Part shown: in pieces, positions 48,753 to 59,802 of the stretch
Numbering within the stretch: position 1 is the first letter of the stretch
Layout: each line of letters begins with the position of its first letter
Assembly: GCA_965223665.1 (NCBI GenBank)
Contig: OZ245011.1
Location: forward strand, 3,488,001-3,552,000
From: Nitrospinaceae bacterium
GTDB lineage: Bacteria; Nitrospinota; Nitrospinia; Nitrospinales; Nitrospinaceae
Length of the DNA stretch: 64,000 nt
Reading direction: 5' to 3'
The notes under the pieces: generated by a model
The model's input: the letters and a program-made list of their open reading frames with translations, nothing else
Told to the model about the DNA's origin: nothing
Databases searched by the model: none
Position numbers and translations under genes: made by a program

Positions 48753-49814
48753 TTGGATATCGCAATTGTAACAGGGTCGGCCGGCTTGATCGGATCAGAA
48801 ATGGTCCGGTTTTTAACAGATAAAGGAATGAAAGTCCACGGCATAGATAATGATATGCGCCGAGAATTTTTTGGCGAAGATGCTTCTACTGATTGGAATC
48901 GCCAACGTCTTGAAAAGGACTGTCCTGAATATTGTCATCACGCAAAGGATATTCGATCTGAAAGCGAGATGGAGCAAATCTTTAATGAACTTAACAAAGA
49001 TATAAAATTGATTGTCCACGCAGCTGCTCAACCTTCTCATGATTGGGCAGCAAAAGATCCTTTCAAAGATTTTAGTGTTAATGCGAATGGAACTTTAGTT
49101 TTGTTAGAAATGACGCGACGATTTTGCCCTAATGCGGTTTTTATTAATATTTCCACGAACAAAGTTTACGGTGATCAACCCAATCAATTGCCGTTAGTAG
49201 AGCTAGAGAATCGATGGGAAATTGAAGATAGCCATCCTTATTATAAATTTGGTATCGATGAATTTATGAGTATTGATTCTACTACCCATAGTTTATTTGG
49301 TGTATCAAAAGCGGCGGGAGATTTATTAGTTCAAGAGTATGGGCGTTATTTTAACATTAAAACCGCTTGCTTTCGTGGAGGATGCTTAACCGGTTCAGGG
49401 CATTCCGGAACTGAACTGCATGGTTTCCTTTCTTATATTATGATTTGTGCTATTAAGAAAAAACCTTATACCGTATTTGGCTATAAAGGAAAACAAGTCC
49501 GAGATAATATTCATAGCTACGATTTGGTAAATGCTTTGTACCAGTTTTATCTTAAACCCGGTGTAGCGAAGGTATACAACATTGGTGGAAGTAGACATAG
49601 TAATTGTTCCATGTTAGAGGCGATACAACTTTGTGAGGAAATCACAGGAAATAAACTGGATTGGACCTATAGCGAAGAAAATCGAATCGGGGATCACATC
49701 TGGTGGATTAGTGATGTCAATCGCTTTAAAAAAGATTACCCGAATTGGGAATATCAATACGACCTAAAGAAATTGTTTGTCGAAATTTACAATGGGTTGA
49801 CAGCGAGAGTATAA
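48753..49814 (+). CDS. NAD-dependent nucleotide-sugar epimerase/dehydratase (CDP-paratose 2-epimerase-like)
   Basis: [36 protein letters not shown]. Confidence 0.88.
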   Translation: MDIAIVTGSAGLIGSEMVRFLTDKGMKVHGIDNDMRREFFGEDASTDWNRQRLEKDCPEYCHHAKDIRSESEMEQIFNELNKDIKLIVHAAAQPSHDWAAKDPFKDFSVNANGTLVLLEMTRRFCPNAVFINISTNKVYGDQPNQLPLVELENRWEIEDSHPYYKFGIDEFMSIDSTTHSLFGVSKAAGDLLVQEYGRYFNIKTACFRGGCLTGSGHSGTELHGFLSYIMICAIKKKPYTVFGYKGKQVRDNIHSYDLVNALYQFYLKPGVAKVYNIGGSRHSNCSMLEAIQLCEEITGNKLDWTYSEENRIGDHIWWISDVNRFKKDYPNWEYQYDLKKLFVEIYNGLTARV

Positions 49815-49822
49815 ACCCTAGT

Positions 49823-50620
49823 TCAATAGGGATTTTGTAAAACACCTCCATCAACATTGAAATTGGTTCCTGTAATCCAATTTGCTTGTTTAGATGCCAG
49901 GAACAAAACCAAACCGGAAACATCTTCAGGAATTCCCATTCGTTTTAAAGGAATACTTGCAGAAGTTCCATTCTGGATTTCTCTAATCATTTGTTCTTTT
50001 GATTTTCCTGAGTGATCGGCTCCTTCCTGAGCTTCCTTTTCCCAAGATCGAGACCAAACAGGCCCGGGTGAGATAGAGTTTACGAGTATTTTATCTGACG
50101 CCAAAGTTTGTGAAAGAGAGGATGTTAAATTTGAAAGTCCTGCCTTCATGGCACTATAGTGAGGGAATATTTCCATTGGGCGACTGCCAGCAATTGAAGA
50201 AATATTTATAATTCTAGGTTGATTGGATTGTTTCAAATCCGGTATGCATAAACGGCATAAACGCACGGCAGAAAGTAAATTAATCTCAAAAGATTCTTTC
50301 CAGTCTTCATCCGTTAAATCAAAAAAGTTAGCTAATTTTCCGATGTTGCCAACATTATTAACCAGGATATCCAATCCCTTAAATTGCGAAATCATTTCGC
50401 TGTAAAAATTTTTGAGACTTTCAGGCTGTGTAACATCTACAGAACGAAACAAATGGTTTTCCCCAACGATTTCCTCGGAAAGACTATCTAATCTATTTTG
50501 AGTTCTGGCGCACCCAGCTACTTGTGCTCCTTCTTCGGCAAAGGCCAGGGCAAATTCTCGTCCTATTCCATCGCCCACTCCGGTAATAAGGACTTTACGA
50601 TTTTTTAGATTCAAATCCAT
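49823..50620 (-). CDS. Short-chain dehydrogenase/reductase
   Basis: TGVGDGIG, LVNNVG, YSAMK, VDGG. Confidence 0.9.
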   Translation of the reverse strand: MDLNLKNRKVLITGVGDGIGREFALAFAEEGAQVAGCARTQNRLDSLSEEIVGENHLFRSVDVTQPESLKNFYSEMISQFKGLDILVNNVGNIGKLANFFDLTDEDWKESFEINLLSAVRLCRLCIPDLKQSNQPRIINISSIAGSRPMEIFPHYSAMKAGLSNLTSSLSQTLASDKILVNSISPGPVWSRSWEKEAQEGADHSGKSKEQMIREIQNGTSASIPLKRMGIPEDVSGLVLFLASKQANWITGTNFNVDGGVLQNPY

Positions 50621-50668
50621 GCTACAATTTTCTCCTCAATGGATAAAAAGTTTGAAGGATTTTAAACC

Positions 50669-51025
50669 ATGGCTACAACGATTTTCCCACAAATATCTGA
50701 ATCTCCGTCTTTACCTTGGATTGTGGGTGCTATTTGTTTGCAGATTATAAATATTTTTTTGGGTTTGGCCATGGCATTTCTACAAAAGCGAATGCAATTT
50801 CGCAGAGTGCATTTAATAATTTATTTAGGGGTCACAGTTTGTTTAGCAACTTATTTAATAACTAACGGAATCCATTCCAAAAATTCTATTTGGGATTACA
50901 CGGTTGGACTTTACTTTTTTATTCTTATTCCCATTTCCCGTCGGTGGGATATTATGGTTCACGCTTTAATAACTATTGTTGGATTGACTTTATTGCCGTT
51001 ATTGATTTTATTGCAAATTTTTTAA
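50669..51025 (+). CDS. Hypothetical membrane protein (about 4 TM)
   Basis: Four hydrophobic segments in 118 aa. Confidence 0.65.
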   Translation: MATTIFPQISESPSLPWIVGAICLQIINIFLGLAMAFLQKRMQFRRVHLIIYLGVTVCLATYLITNGIHSKNSIWDYTVGLYFFILIPISRRWDIMVHALITIVGLTLLPLLILLQIF

Positions 51026-51074
51026 GGAAATAGAATAGAACCACAAATGTGGTTGGTGGGTCAAAAAGAAGATT

Positions 51075-51383
51075 CTAACCTACTAATTTCGTCTTGATCG
51101 TTATATCACCATAAACTTTAGTACGGCAACTGAGTTTCTGATTTCCCGTTAATTTATGTGCATATTTCTCAATTAATGTATGGTTATTGACATTTTCCAT
51201 TGGTTCTATTTCAACCATACAAGTTCCACACGACCCCATGCCATGACAATTGAGTTGGGCATTCAACCCTTTATATAAACCAATGTCTTTAAATTCAGCA
51301 GCTTTACGCAAATTGGCGCCATAACCCGCTTGAAAGTAAGTTTCTTCTCCAGTTTCTGAATCTTGAACTGTGATTTTTGGCAT
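51075..51383 (-). CDS. [2Fe-2S] ferredoxin
   Basis: C-x4-(S)C-x2-C (CHGMGSCGTC) plus distal LSC. Confidence 0.88.
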   Translation of the reverse strand: MPKITVQDSETGEETYFQAGYGANLRKAAEFKDIGLYKGLNAQLNCHGMGSCGTCMVEIEPMENVNNHTLIEKYAHKLTGNQKLSCRTKVYGDITIKTKLVG

Positions 51384-51489
51384 GGGAACAGTTTCCTTAC
51401 TTACGTCGATTTAATAATTTCCAGGAAAAAAAATGAACCTAGAAAATTACATAACTAGACTGGAAAGTCAACTTTCTTTTAAAAAGGCT

Positions 51490-53316
51490 TCAAATAGAGT
51501 AATTGTGACCGGTGAGAATTTTTTTATCTTTTAGAAAGGTGAGGATTTTCTCTACCGCCTTTTCAATATCAGCAGCTTCCGACAGGGTCAATACAATTTC
51601 CGGTTTTCCCTTTGGGAATTGATCGTCAGTAACTTGAACTTCAATTAAGGGGGCAGGGTGGACAAGAAGAGCAACGTTAGAATGATCTTCTTGATTAAAA
51701 ACATTTGAAGTTGAAATTACCACATGACCTGCATCTACAAATAGCTTGGCTACTTCACCAAATCTTCGTACCGCTTCACCACCCGAAAAGTATTGTTCCC
51801 TGTCCATGTCAGCTCCAACTCCAAGTTGTATATTTCGACCGTCTAGTAAATAACTTTGATAGTTTTGGTGAAAGAGTTTTTGCTCTAATTTCCCAGCTAA
51901 AGGAGCTTTTCCAACTCCAGCCTTTCCAGTAAGTAATATCATTGCTGGCAGGTGACCGTTCCGGTAAGCTCTCATATCAGAAGTGACACTCCCCTGAACC
52001 CAATGGGAATCGCGATATTCGGCTTCATCTTTTATCCGGTCAACTTCCTCCAAAGGAGTGAAACCGGTTATGATACCCCCTCCACAAACATCATATTCAT
52101 CAACTAGAACAAATCTTCCTGTTCCTGCAATGTCATTGAAAATATCCAAAGCAATAGGTTGACGAGTTTTTAGGGTTAATTCAGCAACGTCATTTTTTGC
52201 AATAAAGTTTTGATCCGGCAAAGTTTCTAATGTTGAAGCATCAATGGCTTTTTTAAATTCAACAACTTCACACTCCACATTTTGTGTGGTCAATTTTATT
52301 TGATAGGTCATTCCTAATTCAAGGTGCCTTTTGCCCATCCAAAACACGTTTGCGTCGAAGGTGGTGGTTACCTGGGGAGGATTTTCTACTAACGAAGCAA
52401 TCTCTCCACGCTCAACAAAAATCTGTTCTTGTAAACAAATCCCAACGGATTCTTCCGCTTGCACAGAAGCGGGCGGATTAGGAACACTCCAAGCTTCAAT
52501 TGACTTTATAATGCTGGATTTTTGAGAGGGAAAAAAGATAACTCGATCACCGACTTTGGCTTGTCCCGCCTCGACTCGCCCTGCGATTATCCTTCGTTCA
52601 TCAAATTTGTATACATCCTGGACAGGAAGGCGAAAGGGTCGATTGACTTGAGGTAATTTTTCCTCAAACTGATCCAACTTTTCCAAAACAGTCGGGCCTT
52701 TATACCAATCCATATGTTGTGAGGCTTTGGCAATATTTTCACCCAACTTGGCTGACACGGGAATAAAGGCATTAGGTTCAACGCCAATGCTATTTAAGAA
52801 TTCGGTATATTCTGATTTAATTTTGAAATAGGTTTCAGCGTCATAGCCTACCAAATCCATTTTGTTAATAACCACAGCAACCTGAGTTAGACCTAATAAG
52901 TGAAGGATGTATCCATGACGCCGAGATTGCTCTTGGACGCCTTCATAAGCATCGATCAACAAAATTGCGCCTTCAGCGTTGGCTGCTCCTGTTACCATAT
53001 TTTTTAAAAATTCTTTATGGCCGGGAGCATCAATTATTACATAAGGTCTTTTTTCGGTTTTAAAGAAAATTTGCGAGGTATCGATTGTGATTCCTTGCTC
53101 TTGCTCTTCTTCCAAAGCATCAAGCAAAAAGGCAAATTCGAAGGCTTTACCCTGTTGATCACAAATATCCTGGATGAAGTCCAATTTCCCTGTCGGCAGG
53201 CTATCTGTATCGGCCATGAGACGACCCACAAGCGTAGATTTGCCATGATCGACATGACCGACGATGACCAAACGCATTTGTTTGGAGATGTGCTGTTGGT
53301 GGCCATTATTTCCCAT
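51490..53316 (-). CDS. cysN: Sulfate adenylyltransferase GTPase subunit fused to degenerate APS-kinase domain (CysNC-like)
   Basis: GHVDHGKST, EQGITID, DAPGH, NKMD, TGRFVL. C-terminal LLTGKAGVGK and LLDG.NI. Confidence 0.9.
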   Translation of the reverse strand: MGNNGHQQHISKQMRLVIVGHVDHGKSTLVGRLMADTDSLPTGKLDFIQDICDQQGKAFEFAFLLDALEEEQEQGITIDTSQIFFKTEKRPYVIIDAPGHKEFLKNMVTGAANAEGAILLIDAYEGVQEQSRRHGYILHLLGLTQVAVVINKMDLVGYDAETYFKIKSEYTEFLNSIGVEPNAFIPVSAKLGENIAKASQHMDWYKGPTVLEKLDQFEEKLPQVNRPFRLPVQDVYKFDERRIIAGRVEAGQAKVGDRVIFFPSQKSSIIKSIEAWSVPNPPASVQAEESVGICLQEQIFVERGEIASLVENPPQVTTTFDANVFWMGKRHLELGMTYQIKLTTQNVECEVVEFKKAIDASTLETLPDQNFIAKNDVAELTLKTRQPIALDIFNDIAGTGRFVLVDEYDVCGGGIITGFTPLEEVDRIKDEAEYRDSHWVQGSVTSDMRAYRNGHLPAMILLTGKAGVGKAPLAGKLEQKLFHQNYQSYLLDGRNIQLGVGADMDREQYFSGGEAVRRFGEVAKLFVDAGHVVISTSNVFNQEDHSNVALLVHPAPLIEVQVTDDQFPKGKPEIVLTLSEAADIEKAVEKILTFLKDKKILTGHNYSI

Positions 53317-54116
53317 TACATATAACCTCTGGCCCTCAACTTTTGCATTGCATAAGTATTTTCTTGATCTTGCGCACGACCTGACCGCTCTGACACGGTG
53401 GTGGCCTTTAATTCCTCAATGATTTCCCTCACATTTTTGGCATTGGATTCAATGGACCCTGTACAAGGGGCACAACCTAAGGATCGATAACGACGGCCCT
53501 CTTTGGAAAAATATAGGTCGATAATTGGAATATTTTCTCTTTCGATATATTCCCAAACATTAACTTCCGTCCAATGTAAAAGGGGGTGGATTCTAATATG
53601 GGTCCCTTCTGAAAATGTGGTTTTAAATTGGTCCCATAATTCAGGAGGTTGATCCTTAAAATTCCATTCAAAATTTTTATCTCTTGGAGAAAAATAACGT
53701 TCCTTAGCACGTGTACCTTCCTCATCACGACGAATTCCCAAAATTAGGCCGGTATATCCCTCTTTTTCCATACAAATTTGCAGCCCCTGGGTTTTTAAAG
53801 CCTCACAACAGACTATACGGCCCATTTCGTGATTCATCCCCTCTTCAAGAGCTTTTTTATTTTGGCCAACCACCAAATTCAGCTTCCACTCTTTAGCATA
53901 ACGATCTCTATATTCAATCATTTGGGGAATTTTATAGCTTGTATCGATATGAACAAGCGGAATCGGACAATTGCCGAAAAAAGCTTTGCGGGCCAGCCAA
54001 AGCAATACTGTGGAGTCTTTTCCAATTGACCACAGCATGGCCAGATTTTTAAAATTTTTATAGGCCTCGCGCAAAATATAGATACTTTGGTTTTCCAATT
54101 CGCTTAAATGATCCAT
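53316..54116 (-). CDS. cysD: Sulfate adenylyltransferase subunit 2
   Basis: [41 protein letters not shown]. Confidence 0.95.
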   Translation of the reverse strand: MDHLSELENQSIYILREAYKNFKNLAMLWSIGKDSTVLLWLARKAFFGNCPIPLVHIDTSYKIPQMIEYRDRYAKEWKLNLVVGQNKKALEEGMNHEMGRIVCCEALKTQGLQICMEKEGYTGLILGIRRDEEGTRAKERYFSPRDKNFEWNFKDQPPELWDQFKTTFSEGTHIRIHPLLHWTEVNVWEYIERENIPIIDLYFSKEGRRYRSLGCAPCTGSIESNAKNVREIIEELKATTVSERSGRAQDQENTYAMQKLRARGYM

Positions 54117-54222
54117 TATTTCAAATTTTTCCTAAAATTCATGGGTTTGTATGCACACACTTTATCCTTTTGAGCTTATAGAATCAAGGGAATTGACTAA
54201 AAAGAGATTAAAAATTCGGTTT

Positions 54223-55779
54223 TTAACTATCGTGAAACTTTTCAACAATTTGCGGAAACTTACATCGCATACAATTATTTTCATTTTTGGTACAGAAATC
54301 TTGATAAATTTGCATTAATCCCTGAGTCTGGCGGTCGCTTGTTAGTGGTTTCAGCATTTTTTCCTGGTTTCCCAATAAGAATCTTTTCATAAACCGAATC
54401 CATTTATTATCTGCAGGTGGCTTAGGGGTGGAAAAAACCTCGCTAAGTATTGCCTCAAGTGCATTTGATTTACTTGCCCGCGCATATATGAGACCTATGG
54501 GTAAAACAATATTAATTATTATTTCGCGAGAGCGATCAGGGCCTATCAATTGTTGCGAATTTTTTAGTTGCTTTCCTCCTAAAATGTAATGCCGGCTCCA
54601 ATAATCCTCTGCCTCAATACAAAAAAAAGCAAAGCACTTTTTTAAGGCCGCTTTTTTTTCTTTGGAATTTTCCTGAAGGAGATTTACCTCCCTCAAGGTG
54701 TCTAAACAATTAGAAAATAAGCCAGAATCCCAGTTCCTTAATAGTAGATGACTTAGTCCGGCAATTCTACGGTAAGGAAAATTGGCGGGACGCATTTTCC
54801 CGAATTTCCATTCCTTGAACTGCATAATTTTATCTTTTAGTTCTGATGAATGATAATCCCAAATCGATTTTAATTTTGAAAAATAATTTTTTGCATCAGC
54901 ATTGAACGACTTTGAAGGTTCTTGAGAAAAATCTATAATATTAGATACTCCAAATAATAAGGCTTGTATTTGCAAAAGTCTTTCTTCATCTGTTTTTGCC
55001 AGTTGAGTTCTTCTTTTTAAATCTTCTAGAGGAAGAGATTCAGCTAAGGTTCTAAAGGCAATTTTATTATTGGGATATCCCATTGCTTCCGCGACACCTT
55101 CATAAAAAACCTGTTCGTAGCCCTTTATTATGATTCTGTCATGGAAACGATCCATTTTTGTTTGAATTCGTGCATCCCCAGCATTATTTAATAAGGAAGC
55201 AAACTTCTTTTGAGTAAGTTGTGAAAGAGGTTTGTAGCACAACCCATAATTAAATTGATTTAAAAGAGGATAGCTCTCAAAGTCCAATTCTTCATTGAGC
55301 TGGAGAATACCCTTCTTAAGATAGTTCTTTAACTCTAATTCGAAGATATGTGGACGTGACAGGTTTTTTTTGCTCTCTTTTCTGCGAGGTAACCTGGAAG
55401 ATGAGTTTCTTTGTTTCCATAAAAATACATGCAAAATGACATTATCATATTCATTGTTTTTAGAATGCCCATGAGATTTCCAATCCGCTCCATAAATATG
55501 CAACTCAACATCACCTTCATATAGCTTTCCTTCAATTCGAATAGCGGCACTTTTAAAATCGGGACCACTGCCGAAGTTCCAATATCCTGGAAAAACGACT
55601 TCTAAGGTTTTCCCATCGGTAGTTTTAAGCTCCTGTGTTTTTAACAGTTGGTCATTCCATACACAGCGGATGACCTTTTCAGGAACTCTGGGTTCTTCCT
55701 CTTCCTGGACCTCTGAATATAAATAAAGTTGTGTGAATTTATGATATAGGGTGGAAAAGTAGACCTGAGGCGAAATCAT
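54223..55779 (-). CDS. DUF2851-family protein
   Basis: PG..N..GPDF..A, GDVELH…W..HGH…Y..VILHV, RPANFP.RR, C-terminal C..C. ATGA overlap with cysS stop. Confidence 0.8.
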   Translation of the reverse strand: MISPQVYFSTLYHKFTQLYLYSEVQEEEEPRVPEKVIRCVWNDQLLKTQELKTTDGKTLEVVFPGYWNFGSGPDFKSAAIRIEGKLYEGDVELHIYGADWKSHGHSKNNEYDNVILHVFLWKQRNSSSRLPRRKESKKNLSRPHIFELELKNYLKKGILQLNEELDFESYPLLNQFNYGLCYKPLSQLTQKKFASLLNNAGDARIQTKMDRFHDRIIIKGYEQVFYEGVAEAMGYPNNKIAFRTLAESLPLEDLKRRTQLAKTDEERLLQIQALLFGVSNIIDFSQEPSKSFNADAKNYFSKLKSIWDYHSSELKDKIMQFKEWKFGKMRPANFPYRRIAGLSHLLLRNWDSGLFSNCLDTLREVNLLQENSKEKKAALKKCFAFFCIEAEDYWSRHYILGGKQLKNSQQLIGPDRSREIIINIVLPIGLIYARASKSNALEAILSEVFSTPKPPADNKWIRFMKRFLLGNQEKMLKPLTSDRQTQGLMQIYQDFCTKNENNCMRCKFPQIVEKFHDS

Positions 55780-57227
55780 TTTAATTTCCAAGTCGTGCCA
55801 GAGGGAGAATCTTCAATAATTACCCCCATTTTTGTCAATTCATCCCGGCATTGATCGGCTTTTTGGAATTCTTTTGATTTGCGAGCGGTGGTTCTTTGTT
55901 CGATTAAAGACTCTATTTTATTTACATCTAACCCCGTCGATTTTATTCGTAATTCTAAAGTGTCCGCAAGGTAGTCTTCTGGTTTTCGAAAAAACAATCC
56001 AAGGAGTTGGCCACAGTATTTAAGGGTTTTAGTAGATAGGTCAAAAGATAACCACTCTTCCTCACGGGGTGTCTTTTTAGCTAATAGCTTATTTAAATTA
56101 CGCAATTCTTCATTTAGGTGTGCTAGGACAACCGCCGTATTGAAGTCGTCATTCATTGCATTTTCTAACTTTTGCAATAGGGGTTGTTTTCGGAGCAGGT
56201 CCTGTTGATCCGAAATAGACGATGAAGAAAGATCACCACGAATTTTTTCAGCTTGCACAAAAAATTCATAAAAGCGATCCAATACTTTTGAGGCTTCCTC
56301 CAGGTTCTGATCTGAAAAATCTATTGGACTTCTATAATGATTGCTAATCAAAAAAAGTCGCAATGATTCAGGATGGTATTTCTCTAAAATGTCACGAATA
56401 GTAAAAAAATTTCCCAGGGATTTTGACATTTTCTCTTTATTGATATTTACGAAGCCGTTGTGAATCCAATATTTTACTGGTGGTTTACCCGTAAACCCAC
56501 AAGATTGCGCCACTTCATTTTCATGGTGCGGAAAAACCAAATCTTTTCCACCCCCATGAATATCAAATTGTTCCCCAAGATATTCATAACTCATGGCAGA
56601 ACATTCAATATGCCAACCGGGTCGTCCAGGACCCCAGGGGCTTTCCCATGAAGGTTCTCCTGGTTTACTGCGTTTCCAAAGAGCAAAATCTAAAGGATCT
56701 TTTTTGTGTTCTCCAATTTCAACACGTGCTCCGGCTAAAAGATCATCCAGGTTTCTTCCTGATAGTTTTCCATATTCCTCAAATGAGCGAACAGAATAAT
56801 AAACATCTCCATCAGATTCATAAGCTTTTCCTTGATCCACTAGAGAAGAAACCATTTTTAGCATGGTATTAATGTGCTCAGTAGCTTTAGGTTCTTGAGT
56901 AGGAGACTCTATATTTAATTGGCCCATATCTTGATAAAATGCATCAATATATTTTTCTGTCACTTCTTTCCAAGTGATGTTTTCTTCCTGAGCTCGTTTA
57001 ATAATTTTATCGTCGATGTCTGTAAAATTTCGTACATAAGAAACTTCAAAACCTAGATGCTTTAAGTACCTAAAAATTGTATCAAATACGATTGCTGCCC
57101 TAGCATGGCCTACATGGCAAAAATCATAAACCGTGACACCACAGACATACATATTCACTTTGCCATTAGTAATGGGTGTGAAGTCTTCTTTAGATAAGGT
57201 AAGAGTATTAAATATTCGCAAGCTCAT
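55776..57227 (-). CDS. cysS: Cysteine-tRNA ligase
   Basis: YVCGVTVYD.CHVGH, DFALWK, GRPGWHIECS, HGGG.DL.FPHHENE, KMSKS. Confidence 0.98.
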   Translation of the reverse strand: MSLRIFNTLTLSKEDFTPITNGKVNMYVCGVTVYDFCHVGHARAAIVFDTIFRYLKHLGFEVSYVRNFTDIDDKIIKRAQEENITWKEVTEKYIDAFYQDMGQLNIESPTQEPKATEHINTMLKMVSSLVDQGKAYESDGDVYYSVRSFEEYGKLSGRNLDDLLAGARVEIGEHKKDPLDFALWKRSKPGEPSWESPWGPGRPGWHIECSAMSYEYLGEQFDIHGGGKDLVFPHHENEVAQSCGFTGKPPVKYWIHNGFVNINKEKMSKSLGNFFTIRDILEKYHPESLRLFLISNHYRSPIDFSDQNLEEASKVLDRFYEFFVQAEKIRGDLSSSSISDQQDLLRKQPLLQKLENAMNDDFNTAVVLAHLNEELRNLNKLLAKKTPREEEWLSFDLSTKTLKYCGQLLGLFFRKPEDYLADTLELRIKSTGLDVNKIESLIEQRTTARKSKEFQKADQCRDELTKMGVIIEDSPSGTTWKLK

Positions 57228-57288
57228 GGATCACAAATTACCATTCCTCATTTGTAAAATCAAATCGGTAAAATAATGAGAAATTTAA

Positions 57289-59268
57289 TCAGGGGGTAGG
57301 ATTTAAACGGTTTTTTAATTCTTGGACATTGTTCCGCAATTGTGCGATCACTCGGTCGGCTTCAAACTTTAAAGATTCTTCTGTAGGTTTTTTCTTTTTA
57401 TTAAGACCAGAAATTTGTTTGCGTATGGAGTCTAATTGATCTTCAATAACTTTACCCCGATTCTCACTAAAACTTTTAGAAATTGCACCTTTTAGACCCG
57501 CACCATCATAATATTTGGTAATAGCAATAAGCATTCTTTTTCTGGATAAGTATTTTTTCCCATCTTTCCAGGCCCGAATCGCTTTGCTGACTTCTTCTTC
57601 AATATTATCGACCACAAGATTATAGTCCGTCTCATCCACTAAATCATGGACTTCATCGGGTTGGGAAACCGATTTGATAGTGATGTCCAAAGTTTGGTCT
57701 ACTCCAGTCAAAGACACTCCTTTGGCATGTTTTTGAACTTCTTCAGGAAACAGTCGTGGATGCCATAATGTCATAATATATTCCTGACTTTTAACCTTAT
57801 CAAAATGGAATTCTCCGTTCTCGTTTGTTCGAGCAAAATATCCATTAGGGGCTACAAATAAAGTTCCAAGCATGTCTTTGTGGATATTGCAGCGAAGAAT
57901 TACCGGCCCAGGCTGCGAAAGCTTAATTTCTTTCCCCGTTCCTGCAGCCATAGCACCCAGGTTGAACTGGTTGTTTAGAGATTTTGAATATATGTTATGT
58001 ACTTCTCGATCATCATTTACAAATGTAATTGTAGATCCAACCATCACGACAGAATTACTGGGTACGAATTGCATGTTTCGTTGAAAAATTTTAATTTTTT
58101 GCGATGTTTGATCAGGAACTTTTAATTTGTTTGTTGTTTCTAAATAAACAATGCCGCGAGAATCTACGGGTTCCCCATTGATAGTTGCTGATCCTTTTAT
58201 ATTTGTAATGGGATTAACAATTTTTGCTGCGGACCCATCCGATCCCTCTTGTTTATGGTCAGAACCCTCTTCTTTTTTTGCTTTTTCGTCTAACTTTGCA
58301 GTTTTTGTTGTTTCTTTTTTCTTGTCTGATTTCTTGGGAGAGGGTTTTAAAGGTGCTTTTTTCATACCTTTTCCGGGATTTTTTAATCCCATAGCAGTTA
58401 AAAACTGTACAACAAATGGTTTTTCGTATTGCTTGTCCAACTCAATCGCTTTTTGAAAATGGGGGGCAGCTTTTTCAAATTTTTTCTGTAAACTTCTAAC
58501 AATTCCAAGATTGAAATGACCTTGGGCAAAGTCGTCCTTTATTTCTAAAGCTTTCACATAATTCGCTTCTTCATTTTTAAAATCTTTTTTTAATCCATAG
58601 CTCTTTCCTAAATAATTGTATGCCAGATAATGTTTAGGATCGAGTTCTACTGTTTTTTTAAAAAGTTTAATAGCTTCATCTGATTTTTTTTCATGCAAGC
58701 GAGATAAGCCCCAATTGAAAGTTATTTCTGAATCGTTGGGGGCTAATTGCAGGGCTTTTTCGAAGCGTCTATTAGCACCCTTGAATTTTTTTTGCATTCG
58801 TAAGGATGCTCCCCAGATGGAATAAACTTCCGGGGAGTCAGGGCTTAACTCAGCTGCTTTCTCAAACTGAACGTCAGCCAATTCATATTTGCCCTTTTCT
58901 GTAAGTTCCATTCCTTTAGAAATAAACTGTAATGCCTCAGGAGAAATCGCTGCTTTTGACTTTGGTTTCTCAAAAGGTTTTTCAGGGGATGGGGAAACTT
59001 CTTTTTTTATACTGTTTGAAGGTTCTGTTTGTTTGGTTTTTGATAAAGGTTCTTTACTCTTTATATTTGTTGAAGTGGGCTTTTCATTTTCGGGGCTTTC
59101 AAGGGTCGCGGCTGTTTTTTTGAATTTATTGTAAGGTTCAAGTTTATTTTTTGGGAGTGTAAAAGTAATCAGCCCCCAAACTAAGAGACCGGTTGCAACC
59201 AAGCCTAATACAACTTTGACCCAGGAAGTGGATGATGAAGTATTTTTAGATTCTTTGTTAAGTCCCAT
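57289..59268 (-). CDS. Membrane-anchored TPR + cupredoxin-like multidomain protein
   Basis: N-terminal TM, ~5 TPRs, Lys-rich linker, F.N.D..HNIYS…RCNIHKDM, helical C-terminal domain. Confidence 0.78.
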   Translation of the reverse strand: MGLNKESKNTSSSTSWVKVVLGLVATGLLVWGLITFTLPKNKLEPYNKFKKTAATLESPENEKPTSTNIKSKEPLSKTKQTEPSNSIKKEVSPSPEKPFEKPKSKAAISPEALQFISKGMELTEKGKYELADVQFEKAAELSPDSPEVYSIWGASLRMQKKFKGANRRFEKALQLAPNDSEITFNWGLSRLHEKKSDEAIKLFKKTVELDPKHYLAYNYLGKSYGLKKDFKNEEANYVKALEIKDDFAQGHFNLGIVRSLQKKFEKAAPHFQKAIELDKQYEKPFVVQFLTAMGLKNPGKGMKKAPLKPSPKKSDKKKETTKTAKLDEKAKKEEGSDHKQEGSDGSAAKIVNPITNIKGSATINGEPVDSRGIVYLETTNKLKVPDQTSQKIKIFQRNMQFVPSNSVVMVGSTITFVNDDREVHNIYSKSLNNQFNLGAMAAGTGKEIKLSQPGPVILRCNIHKDMLGTLFVAPNGYFARTNENGEFHFDKVKSQEYIMTLWHPRLFPEEVQKHAKGVSLTGVDQTLDITIKSVSQPDEVHDLVDETDYNLVVDNIEEEVSKAIRAWKDGKKYLSRKRMLIAITKYYDGAGLKGAISKSFSENRGKVIEDQLDSIRKQISGLNKKKKPTEESLKFEADRVIAQLRNNVQELKNRLNPTP

Positions 59269-59382
59269 TTAATTGGCCCTAATTCCAAAATAAGTTAAGA
59301 ATAAAATAGAGCGGGTTTTTAATATAATATTCCCACAAAATTGATTTATTGCTTTTACCTCGAGCAAAATTTTGGTTGAAAA

Positions 59383-59631
59383 TTAAAGTTCAGACCTAAG
59401 TCGAGGGATGGGCAATTTAAAAATATCTTTATTTGGATAATCTTTAATGGTCGCAGGATTAGAAGAGTCTTTTGAAGACCCCTGAATTTTTGAGGCAAAT
59501 GTAGACAATTTGTAATTCACCCGCGATGACCCGCATACTTCGCAGGCCGTTTCATCTTTATTTGTAGAAGTGGATTGTAGAAGAGTGAACGGCTTCTGAC
59601 AATCTTCACAAAAATATTCGTATAAAGGCAT
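59383..59631 (-). CDS. FmdB-family zinc-ribbon protein
   Basis: MPLYEYFCEDC…CEVCGS…LSTF. Confidence 0.85.
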   Translation of the reverse strand: MPLYEYFCEDCQKPFTLLQSTSTNKDETACEVCGSSRVNYKLSTFASKIQGSSKDSSNPATIKDYPNKDIFKLPIPRLRSEL

Positions 59632-59802
59632 TAAATAAGTCTTTTCTATAAAAATCTTTAGTTGCAAAGTTTTGAATATTAGGATTTAATCATAGCTCCA
59701 ATTGACCTGTCAATTGTATTTTCCTCTAGATTGCAGGTCGGCGAGGCTTCTTTAAGCCGTTATTTGCCAAATTCAATACTTTCCAGGTTTCCAGAAGGTT
59801 CC

